This document shows, in pieces, positions 55,914 to 64,000 of a stretch of 64,000 nt of DNA. Every line of letters starts with the position of its first letter. Within the stretch, counting starts at the first letter, position 1. A program made the position numbers and the translations under genes. The notes below the pieces were generated by a model that did not search any database, was not told where the DNA came from, and was given only the letters and a program-made list of their open reading frames with translations. Source of the stretch: an uncultured Gemmatimonadales bacterium (lineage in GTDB: Bacteria > Gemmatimonadota > Gemmatimonadetes > Gemmatimonadales > GWC2-71-9); assembly GCA_963798915.1 (NCBI GenBank), contig CAWCVB010000002.1, forward strand, positions 720,223-784,222, written 5' to 3'.

Positions 55914-57770
55914 GTGGACGCTATCGGCGATTACGCCGTCATCGGCGACTGCCGCTCGGCCGCGCTGATCTCCCGGGACGGCGCCGTCGAGTGGCTGTGC
56001 TGGCCGCGGTTCGACAGCCCTTCCATTTTCGGGGCGCTGCTCGACCGCGCCCGCGGCGGACGGTTCACGACCTGCCCCACCGCCCCGTTCACGGCCCGGC
56101 GGCGCTACCTCGGCCACAGCAATGTGCTGGAGACGACCTTCCGCACCGAGACCGGCGTGCTCAAGCTGGTGGACCTCATGCCGGTCGCTTCCGAACAGGA
56201 GAAGCGACGCCGGTTGCGGCCAGCGCATCAGCTCCTGCGCGCTCTCGAGTGCCTGGAGGGAGAGGTCGCGGTCGAGGTGCGCTGCGAACCTCGCCCGGAC
56301 TACGGACGGATCGTGCCGACGCTGCGGCACCGGGGCCGGCTCGGGATCTACTGTGAGAACGGGGCGCAGGCCCTGGTGCTCCGAAGTGAGGTTCCCCTCA
56401 CCCTGTCGCCTGATGCCACCTCCGCCCAGGGGCTGGTGCACTTGCGACGTGGCGAACGGTGCCACCTCTCCCTGAGCCAGAGCGATGGCGAGCCCGCCAT
56501 CCTTCCTTCGCTGGGGGACGAGTCGGAGAAGCAGATCCGGACCTCGCTCGACTGGTGGGAGGCCTGGGCATCTCGCTGCAGCTACCGCGGACCATATCAG
56601 GAGGCGGTGCTGCGGAGCGTCCTCGTGCTCAAGCTCATGGCCTACGCACCGTCCGGAGCTATCATCGCGGCCCCCACTACGTCGTTGCCGGAGCAATTGG
56701 GCGGGGTCCGGAACTGGGACTATCGCTACTGCTGGCTCCGGGATGCGTCGCTCACGTTGCAGTCGCTGTTCGACCTGGGGTACGGCGAAGAGGCCGAGGC
56801 CTTTCTCGCCTGGTTGTTGCATGCCACCAGGCTGACTCGTCCGGAACTTCAGATCGTCTACGACGTGTACGGCGAGACCGCGTTGGCTGAGCGGGAGCTG
56901 CCTCATCTCGAGGGATTCGCCGGTTCCCGGCCGGTTCGGATTGGCAACGATGCCCGCACGCAACTGCAGCTCGACATTTACGGCGAGGTGGTTGACGCAG
57001 TCTATCAGTTCGTCTGTCGCGGCGGCCGGATCAGCCGCGCCACCGCCCGGATGCTGACCGGCTTTGGAGAGACCGTGTGCCGCCGATGGCAGGAACCAGA
57101 CGAGGGAATCTGGGAGGTCCGCAGCGGACGCCGCCACCATACGTACTCCAAGGCGATGTGCTGGGTGGCGCTCGACCGGCTCCTCAAGCTGCGCGACGCC
57201 GGGCACCTGAACGGGAAGGTGCCGGTTGCGCGTTTCACCCGGGAGCGAGATGCAATCCGTCGGGAAATCGAGCGGCGCGGCTACAGCGAACACCGGGGCA
57301 ACTATGTCAGCGTGTTCGACGGCGACGAGGTGGACGCGAGCCTGCTGCTGCTCGGCCGGATCGGCTACGCGGACCCCGCATCTCCGCGCATGGCCAATAC
57401 CAGTGCCAGAATCCACGAGCGGCTGGCCGTGGAGGGATTGCTCTATCGGTACCGGAGCGAGGACGACGGCCTCCCGCCAGGGGAAGGCGCATTCGGCATC
57501 TGCAGCTTCTGGGCGGTGGCGAGTCAGGCCCGCCAGGGAGACGTCGACGGGGCGGCCCGCGCGTTCGAGCGCATCCTCTCCTGTGCCAATGACGTCGGGC
57601 TGTTCGCCGAAGAAATCGACCCGCCTACTGGCGGTGCGCTCGGCAACTTTCCGCAAGCGTTCACCCACGTCGGGCTGATCGATGCGGCGCTGACACTGGA
57701 GGAGTGTGCGGGGCGTCAGTCCCGGCCGACGCCGAAACAGCCCATTCCGCAACGCGAGGCACAGGTATGA
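55914..57770 (+). CDS. Glycoside hydrolase family 15 (glucoamylase/trehalase-like)
   Basis: AAAGGAG RBS + GTG; IGDYAVIGDCRSAAL, AAPTTSLPE, RNWDYRYCWLRD, GNFPQAFTH. Confidence 0.95.
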   Translation: MDAIGDYAVIGDCRSAALISRDGAVEWLCWPRFDSPSIFGALLDRARGGRFTTCPTAPFTARRRYLGHSNVLETTFRTETGVLKLVDLMPVASEQEKRRRLRPAHQLLRALECLEGEVAVEVRCEPRPDYGRIVPTLRHRGRLGIYCENGAQALVLRSEVPLTLSPDATSAQGLVHLRRGERCHLSLSQSDGEPAILPSLGDESEKQIRTSLDWWEAWASRCSYRGPYQEAVLRSVLVLKLMAYAPSGAIIAAPTTSLPEQLGGVRNWDYRYCWLRDASLTLQSLFDLGYGEEAEAFLAWLLHATRLTRPELQIVYDVYGETALAERELPHLEGFAGSRPVRIGNDARTQLQLDIYGEVVDAVYQFVCRGGRISRATARMLTGFGETVCRRWQEPDEGIWEVRSGRRHHTYSKAMCWVALDRLLKLRDAGHLNGKVPVARFTRERDAIRREIERRGYSEHRGNYVSVFDGDEVDASLLLLGRIGYADPASPRMANTSARIHERLAVEGLLYRYRSEDDGLPPGEGAFGICSFWAVASQARQGDVDGAARAFERILSCANDVGLFAEEIDPPTGGALGNFPQAFTHVGLIDAALTLEECAGRQSRPTPKQPIPQREAQV

Positions 57771-58246
57771 ACCTGCCCAGCGTGTTACTGTGGGGCTTCG
57801 TAGCGACCCTGCTGCTCACCACCATCATGTCGGCAAGCCAGGGGCTCGGGTTGTCCCGGATGAGCATTCCGTTCGTGCTGGGAGCGATGTTCACGCCGGA
57901 TCGGGGGCGGACGCAGGCGCTGGGTTTCCTGGTGCACCTGCTGAACGGGTGGCTGTTCGCGCTGCTGTATGCGCTGTTGTTCGAGACCTGGGGCCTGGCG
58001 ACCTGGTGGCTCGGCGCGGGAGTCGGCCTGCTCCACGGACTCATCGTGCTGGTGGCCCTCATGCCCCTGATGCCCGGATTCCATCCTCGGATGGCGAGCG
58101 AGCAGCAAGGGCCCGAGCCCACCCGGGAGCTGGAGCCACCGGGATTCATGGCGCTCAACTACGGCCGGCGAACGCCCATCGTCGCCCTCTTCGCACACAT
58201 GGTGTACGGAGCTATCCTGGGCGCGTTCTACCAGCTGACTTCCTGA
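57767..58246 (+). CDS. Conserved membrane protein coupled to GH15
   Basis: Four hydrophobic helices; HPRMASE...LEPPGF...AHMVYG; ATGA overlap. Confidence 0.8.
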   Translation: MNLPSVLLWGFVATLLLTTIMSASQGLGLSRMSIPFVLGAMFTPDRGRTQALGFLVHLLNGWLFALLYALLFETWGLATWWLGAGVGLLHGLIVLVALMPLMPGFHPRMASEQQGPEPTRELEPPGFMALNYGRRTPIVALFAHMVYGAILGAFYQLTS

Positions 58247-58261
58247 CGTGCGGTAGCGACT

Positions 58262-58791
58262 CAGTCATCGGTCGTGCCGGTCGTCGGTCGTCGGTCGTCG
58301 GTCGTCAGTCGTCGGTTGTCGGTCTTCGGTCGTCAGTCGTCGGTCGTCAGTCGAGGGTCACGGAAGCCGCCGAGCCGCCGAGCCGCCGAGCCGCCGAGCC
58401 GCCGAGCCGCCGAGCCGCCGAGCCGCCGAGCCGTCCAGCCGCCGAGCCGCCGAGCCGCCGAGCCGCCGAGCCGTCTAGCCTGCCTAGCGCCATCGTCCCC
58501 TCCGAGCACAACTACCTGATCAATCCGGCGCACCCCGATTTTGACGCCGTTTCGGCTGGCCGGTTAGTGGGCTAGACGGCCAGATGGCGAGACGGCTGGA
58601 GAGTTGGCAGAAGCGTCATCCTGAGCGAAGCGAAGCATCAACTCGCCGAGCACCGGGACGTCAGAGAGCACATTTGTCGCTGCGCTCGGAATGACACATC
58701 GTTCGGGCGACTCTCGACTCTCGACTCTCGACTCTCGACTCTCGACTCTCGACTCTCGACCCACGTCCCTCGACCCACGCCCTCCCTCTCA
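58262..58791. repeat. Nested composite repeat element (7-mer > 8-mer > insert < 8-mer, REP pair, < 7-mer)
   Basis: CGGTCGT array 58262-58361; 14 GCCGCCGA-type units 58366-58477; inverted octamers 58570-58600; GTCATCCTGAGCGAAGCGAAG...CGCTGCGCTCGGAATGAC 58615-58695; GACTCTC x7 from 58709. Confidence 0.92.
58480..58575 (+). pseudogene. C-terminal fragment of a RES-domain toxin
   Basis: LPSAIVPSEHNYLINPAHPDF matches the VPSA..P.E.N.L.NP.HP.F end motif of RES proteins; no start or N-terminal part. Confidence 0.7.
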
Positions 58792-61356
58792 CTACGGGTT
58801 CGCCGTCAGCGTGAGGCCGAAAGTGACCGATGCCGGAATGCCGGGGACGTTGTTCGTCGTCAGGGAATTGCACTGCCAGGAGGCGGCGAGGTAATAGCGG
58901 CCGGGCGCCAGTGACAGCGCTGCAACACCTCCCGAATCGAGGTCGGCGATCACATCTTGTTCTGGCCCGCCTGTCAGGTCGACATGGGCGTTGGGGTTGA
59001 GCCCGTTCGGATCAAATCCACTGCCGGTTGCCGAGACAGTGATCAACGTCGTGTCGGCGAGGTCGAACACAAATTCCAGGTGTTGAAAGAGGCGCGCTGT
59101 CGCAGTGGCCGAGGGCAAGTTGGTCGGCACCTGGGCGGTGGATGTGCCGGAGCCGCTCGCCGTAATGCCGTGAGTCGTGGATCCTGAGGACGTAATCGTG
59201 TAGGTAAGATTGCCCGACGTCGAGGCGGATGAGGCGCCCTCCGGAAAGGTGTGGGTGCTTGAGCACCGTGCCGTGAGAGTCCGGGTTGGGAGCACATTGC
59301 TGCCGACGTCCTGGAAGGAATCGGTGCTGTCGCAGCTCGTGACCGGGAAGATCTCTGTTGATGCCGAGACGCCGCCGCTGGCCTCGACCAGGGTCATGCC
59401 TCCGCCGTTGCTGCCCTCCACCGTGACACTCGCCTTGGCGTCGAGGGCAATCTCCAGCGGTACCGGCAGCGGCACGCCGAAGATCCGGGTCTTGGCGAAG
59501 GCGTAGAAGGTTTGCTTGCCCGCATGCTCCTCGAGAAAATCGGTCTGGCAGCTGAAGCTCACCTGGCCCTGCGCTGCTTCGAGATCGGTGCAGCCGGGCC
59601 GGCCGGGCTCGAGCGTGGTGGTGGTGCCGTCGGTCTTGAGCCAGCGAATCTCGATGCCTTCAACGGCGTAGGCGCCGAGATACGTGACGTCCGAAAGGTC
59701 AACGGTGAACGTGGCCATGTCCCCCAGCGCGGTGCCGTCGCCGGGGGCTACGTTCGCAGGAGTAATCGTGAAGGTGCCATGCGGGGACTGGGCCAGGACC
59801 GGAAGCATCGGCGAGTAGGTGAGCGTCGCGAGATTGATGCTCAGCAGGTTGCCGATTGCCACCAGATTGGCTGCCGCCTTGGCCTCCAGCACGGGTTTGA
59901 GCGAGACGCTCGAGGCGTAGGCGGCGTCGGTCGCCTGCGCCTGTCGGGTCGCGAGTTCGAGCTTCTGCTCCAGTCCCGCCTTGAGTTCCACCAGCTTGAA
60001 TTGCAGGGCCTCCAGAAAGCTGTTGCCGATGGCGAGCTCGGCCCAGCCGAAACCGCTCAGGCCCAGCTCGAGGCGAGCATCGGTATCGAGGTTGGGCAGA
60101 ACCGGCTTGAAGTAGCTGCCGGCCCCGTTGCTGCTGAGCGTGGTGACGACCTGGCAGCCCGAGGCGCAATCGATGCCGAACTCGGCCGTGAGGTCAGTCT
60201 GAAGCAGGGCGTCGAAGCCAAGCTGTCCCAGCGTGGCCTTGGCGCCGATCTCGAAGCCGACGCCCAGCGGCACCTGCCCGCCGATGACGAGCGAGAGGGG
60301 TCCGCCGATCGGCAGGTGCAGCGTGGCGAGCTGGATCTTGCACTCGGTCTTGGCCTCGAGCGCGGCGGTGAGGCGCGGGCTGGCCGTCAGGCGGGGCGCA
60401 ATGCTGCCGGTGACGACCGCGCGCTCCAATACACCATCACTAAAGGCAACATCGAGGAAAAGTTCGGGGTCGAGGTCAAAGCTGAAGACATCGAGCGTGA
60501 TCGGGAAGACAAAACCAGGCGGCACCTCGGCCTTGCACTCGAAGGGACCGAGGTCAAACTCCTGCGTGACCTGCGCACCGCTGAACGACGGCCGCGCAGC
60601 AGAGGCCTGATACTGGAGCTTCTTTCGCGCCTCGAGCCGAAGCCCGCCCGTCGGGGTCTGGCCGCGACGGAAGCCGGTGCGCAGCGACGCAGGCACCACG
60701 AGGCTGGCGTTCGCGAGCGGCAGGTGCTCGCTGAAGGTGAGCTGGCTGAACATCTCCGAGATCGGGATCAGCTCGAGCACCACATCGAAGTCGCTGCCGG
60801 CGCTGGCGAGACTCACTACGCGGCCCCCAACCGGAGCACCACCACTGGCCAGCAGCACCTGACCCGAGGTGGGCGTGACGCCGCGCAGCCGCACCCGGTA
60901 GTGCCATCCTGGCTGGTAGGCCGCGGACGGGTCCACCGGCTCGATGGTGCCCACGACCTGCGAATCGGCGACGAGCAGGGCGCCGGCTGCCGGCGTGGCC
61001 CGGAGCGCCAGCAGCGGCGCCGAGGTGAGCCCGCCGCTGGTTGCCACGATCTGGGCCGAGCCGATACTGCTGCCGCCGGTGGCGAGGCCGGTGGCGGTGA
61101 CGGCCACCACCGCGGCGTTGGACGTGGAGAAGCTGGCCGGCACCGCGGTCCGGGTGCCATGGGCATCCACGGCGTAGGCGGTGAGCTGCTGCTGCGCCCC
61201 GGTCGCCGGCAAGAGCAGCGCGCTTGGGGCGATCTCGAGCGACACGGCACCACCGGTCGGCGCCGGAGCGGTGGGCCCGTCACCGCCGCAGGCGGCGAGG
61301 ATGAACACCATCACGATCGGCGGCACCGCTGAGTAACGCATTGGTGGATACCGCAT
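58792..61356 (-). CDS. Large surface lipoprotein with Ig-like N-terminal domain (paralog A)
   Basis: Lipobox LAAC; Big_2-like QQQLTAYAVDA...FSTSNAAVVAVTATGLAT...GSAQIVATSGG; beta-rich body. Confidence 0.8.
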   Translation of the reverse strand: MRYPPMRYSAVPPIVMVFILAACGGDGPTAPAPTGGAVSLEIAPSALLLPATGAQQQLTAYAVDAHGTRTAVPASFSTSNAAVVAVTATGLATGGSSIGSAQIVATSGGLTSAPLLALRATPAAGALLVADSQVVGTIEPVDPSAAYQPGWHYRVRLRGVTPTSGQVLLASGGAPVGGRVVSLASAGSDFDVVLELIPISEMFSQLTFSEHLPLANASLVVPASLRTGFRRGQTPTGGLRLEARKKLQYQASAARPSFSGAQVTQEFDLGPFECKAEVPPGFVFPITLDVFSFDLDPELFLDVAFSDGVLERAVVTGSIAPRLTASPRLTAALEAKTECKIQLATLHLPIGGPLSLVIGGQVPLGVGFEIGAKATLGQLGFDALLQTDLTAEFGIDCASGCQVVTTLSSNGAGSYFKPVLPNLDTDARLELGLSGFGWAELAIGNSFLEALQFKLVELKAGLEQKLELATRQAQATDAAYASSVSLKPVLEAKAAANLVAIGNLLSINLATLTYSPMLPVLAQSPHGTFTITPANVAPGDGTALGDMATFTVDLSDVTYLGAYAVEGIEIRWLKTDGTTTTLEPGRPGCTDLEAAQGQVSFSCQTDFLEEHAGKQTFYAFAKTRIFGVPLPVPLEIALDAKASVTVEGSNGGGMTLVEASGGVSASTEIFPVTSCDSTDSFQDVGSNVLPTRTLTARCSSTHTFPEGASSASTSGNLTYTITSSGSTTHGITASGSGTSTAQVPTNLPSATATARLFQHLEFVFDLADTTLITVSATGSGFDPNGLNPNAHVDLTGGPEQDVIADLDSGGVAALSLAPGRYYLAASWQCNSLTTNNVPGIPASVTFGLTLTANP

Positions 61357-61417
61357 GGTCAGCTCCATTGGGCAAAGAAGGCTTGGGCTCTCCGGATTCC
61401 GGTTCGCCGCACGGCAA

Positions 61418-64000
61418 TCATGGAGTGGTGAACGTCAGTGCGAGGGTGATATGCGCATTCCCACTCTTACTCGAGCTTGAGGTACCGTTATCGTTCGCGG
61501 ACGCGAGCAGTTCCGCGTCGAACGAGTACCTTCCGGGCTGCAAAACGATCGTCTGATTCAAGGACGCAGATGATGGCTGCAGCGGATCGTCGTCGCTGAG
61601 CCGACCGGCGAGTGCGGAGAAGAGTGTGTCAACGAGACCGCTGACAAGGGCGAACTTGGCATAGCGATGGGAATCCCGGGAGTCGTCGGACATCGTCGCC
61701 AGGAGCGTGCCCGTCAAGTTCAGGCGCATCGGGCCGTTCTCTACTACAAAGCTCCCATCCAGGTGGCCTTCCCCTCCGGCGAACAATCCGGTGCCATGAC
61801 CGTTGATGCTGAGTTCGCCGCCGAAATCCGCGTTCAGCGAGGGAAGGTCACTCAACCCGGCCGTGAGTTGAAAGCTGCTGCTGCCGCGTGCCTGGAAGCC
61901 AGTCAGGTTCCCCTCATCGGTGACGCAGGACGCGGAGGGGAAATTGATCCCGGCCGGTGTCAGCTGATCCAGCCCGAAGGCGTCGGACTTTTCACAGTGA
62001 GGACCACTGCCTCCCCACTCCGACCAGTGTGCGCGCTTGCCGCCGAGGCTCTCGAGGCGCACGCGCGCGTTACCGATGCCTCCCACCGTGACGGTCGCCT
62101 TGGCGTCCAGAGCAATCTCCAGCGGCACCGGCAGCGGCACGCCGAAGATCTTGGTCTTGGCGAAGGCGTAGAAGGTTTGGGGGCCCTCACTCTCCTGGAG
62201 GAAATCGGTCTGGCAGCTGAAGGAGACCTGGCCCTGCGCCGCCTCGAGATCGGTGCAACCAGGCCGGCCGGACTCGAGGGTAGTGGTTGTCCCGTTGCTC
62301 TTGAGCCAGCGAATCTCGATACCTTCGACGGCGTAGGTGCCGAGGTAATTCACCGTGTCCATCGCCACCGTGAACGTGGCCATGTCCCCGAGCGCGGTGC
62401 CGTCGCCGGGAGCTACGTGCGCAGGGGTAATCGTGAAGGTGCCGTGGGGTGACCGGGCCACCGGTCCGAGGGAAAATTCCTGCTTGAGCGCCGGAATCGT
62501 GACCCGCAGCAATTGCGCGAGCGCGTCGATGTCGTGAGCGCTGGCGGCTTCGGCGAACCCCGCCAGCGAGACCGCCGAGGCATAGCCGGGATCGGCGGCC
62601 TGGGCGCTCGGGCTGGCCAGCTTGGCCTCCTGCTTGAGCCCGGCCTTGGCCTCGAGCAACTTGACTTCCAGCCGCCGATACCCGAATCCACCCCCACCCA
62701 GAAAGCGCAGGTGCGCGCCGAGGACGAGATTGGCATAGAGAAACCCGGAGGCGCTGAGCTCGATCCGGCCGGCCTCATCCAGGGCCGGAAGGACCGGTTT
62801 GAGCGAGCCCGGCACCTGGCCCGTGATATCCAGGACCGGACTGCAGCTGCCGGCGCAGCGGAGACCGAGCTGCACCTGGACTGACGGCTGGGAGGTAAAA
62901 TCCACGCCGACGCCGCCCTCGGAGAGCTTGCCGTCGAGCTCGAAGCCCAGCCCCAGCGGGAAGATGAAGCCGAAGTAGCGCGCGAGCACGCCGCCGATCG
63001 GCACCGGCACGGCGACGAATTCATAGAGGCACTCGGTCTTGGCCTCGACCGCCAGGGTGAGGCGCGGCTTCCCGGCCAGGTCCGCACTCAGCGTCCCGGT
63101 GGCGACTGCGGTGAAGGCGCCGGTCAGGACATCGTACTCGAGCTCCATCGCGAGGTCGGCGTGGGGATCCACGGTATAGTCGGAAAGCGTGAATGGTACC
63201 GTGACCAGATCGGAGGGCACTTCCGCCTTGCACTCGAAGGGTCCGGCGGTGAACTCGCGCTCGACCAGCGCCGCGCTACTGAAGGCCACTGCATTGGGAG
63301 CCGCCACCCGGGCGACGCCTGCCAGTGGCACGATGGGCCTGGGTGCGGCCGTGCTCCAACTGCTGCCCTGGCGCTTCACGGATGCCCGGCCCAACGATGC
63401 AGCAGGCACCGCCGTCAGTGGAAACCGCTCCTGAAGCCGAAGTTCCTGGAAGAGGTCCGGCAGCGCGATGGTCTCGTAGGTGACCAGGGACGTGCCATTC
63501 GCCCCAGGCTCGACCGTCACGATACGGCCTCCAATTGGTGCGCCACCGAGGCCGATGATCACCTGGCCGGGTGAGGCGCTCACCCCGCGCACGGCGACCC
63601 GCTCCTGCCAGCCGAGCCCGTAGGCCACGAGGGTGTCCACTGGCTCGATCGCACCCACGACCTGCGAATCGGCGACGAGCAGGGCGCCGGCTGCCGGCGT
63701 GGCCCGGAGCGCCAGCAGCGGCGCCGAGGTAAGCCCGCCGCTGGTCGCCACGATCTGGGCCGAGCCGATACTGCTGCCGCCGGTGGCGACGCCGGTGCCG
63801 GTAACGGCCACCACCGCGGCGTTGGACGTGGAGAAGCTGGCCGGCACCGCGGTCCGGGTGCCATGGGCATCCACGGCGTAGGCGGTGAGCTGCTGCTGCG
63901 CCCCGGTCGCCGGCAAGAGCAGCGCGCTTGGGGCGATCTCCAGCGAGACGGCACCACCGGTCGGCGCCGGAGCGGTGGGCCCGTCACCGCCGCAGGCGGC
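61418..64000 (-). CDS. Large surface lipoprotein (paralog B), 5' end beyond the window
   Basis: Frame open to the window edge (AACGGDGPTAP...); near-identical N-terminus to paralog A. Confidence 0.8.
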   Translation of the reverse strand, partial: AACGGDGPTAPAPTGGAVSLEIAPSALLLPATGAQQQLTAYAVDAHGTRTAVPASFSTSNAAVVAVTGTGVATGGSSIGSAQIVATSGGLTSAPLLALRATPAAGALLVADSQVVGAIEPVDTLVAYGLGWQERVAVRGVSASPGQVIIGLGGAPIGGRIVTVEPGANGTSLVTYETIALPDLFQELRLQERFPLTAVPAASLGRASVKRQGSSWSTAAPRPIVPLAGVARVAAPNAVAFSSAALVEREFTAGPFECKAEVPSDLVTVPFTLSDYTVDPHADLAMELEYDVLTGAFTAVATGTLSADLAGKPRLTLAVEAKTECLYEFVAVPVPIGGVLARYFGFIFPLGLGFELDGKLSEGGVGVDFTSQPSVQVQLGLRCAGSCSPVLDITGQVPGSLKPVLPALDEAGRIELSASGFLYANLVLGAHLRFLGGGGFGYRRLEVKLLEAKAGLKQEAKLASPSAQAADPGYASAVSLAGFAEAASAHDIDALAQLLRVTIPALKQEFSLGPVARSPHGTFTITPAHVAPGDGTALGDMATFTVAMDTVNYLGTYAVEGIEIRWLKSNGTTTTLESGRPGCTDLEAAQGQVSFSCQTDFLQESEGPQTFYAFAKTKIFGVPLPVPLEIALDAKATVTVGGIGNARVRLESLGGKRAHWSEWGGSGPHCEKSDAFGLDQLTPAGINFPSASCVTDEGNLTGFQARGSSSFQLTAGLSDLPSLNADFGGELSINGHGTGLFAGGEGHLDGSFVVENGPMRLNLTGTLLATMSDDSRDSHRYAKFALVSGLVDTLFSALAGRLSDDDPLQPSSASLNQTIVLQPGRYSFDAELLASANDNGTSSSSKSGNAHITLALTFTTP

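Noticed and set aside
58792..64000. Diversity-generating retroelement acting on the lipoprotein paralogs
   Set aside because: No reverse transcriptase; differences are not adenine-specific and the near-identical block is N-terminal

Overview
GC-rich bacterial chromosomal window. The gene repertoire (ECF43-type sigma plus Ser/Thr kinase, RCC1 and Ig-like lipoproteins, DUF4384 protein) suggests Gemmatimonadota, but this is an inference. It holds about 50 genes. Metal-homeostasis genes are a cusCBA-type RND operon, mntR-mntH, crcB-DUF190 and a two-domain multicopper oxidase. Housekeeping genes are nadE, mutY, mlaEFD, rnz and the peptidases S66, M16 and M13. There are also two tRNAs (Ala-CGC, Gln-CTG), two ECF sigma modules and several secreted or lipoprotein paralog arrays. 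The most unusual signals are: (1) a pervasive family of 7-, 8- and 9-bp tandem arrays, often arranged as inverted arms, anchored at stop codons, nested with GTCATT/AATGAC REP-like palindromes, twice inserted in frame in proteins and once bracketing a captured RES-toxin fragment; (2) a Cys/His/Met-rich poly-Pro leader ORF whose stop codon is followed by a perfect anti-Shine-Dalgarno for the downstream metal-efflux operon; (3) two mosaic lipoprotein paralogs with alternating near-identical and unrelated blocks; (4) a fic gene flanked by type I restriction-modification stubs next to tRNA-Gln; (5) back-to-back leaderless gene pairs sharing one overlapping -10 element. Several small frameshifts (cusA, tolC, tlpA, one lipoprotein) may be assembly indels. 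All family calls come from motif recognition by eye; no database search was run.
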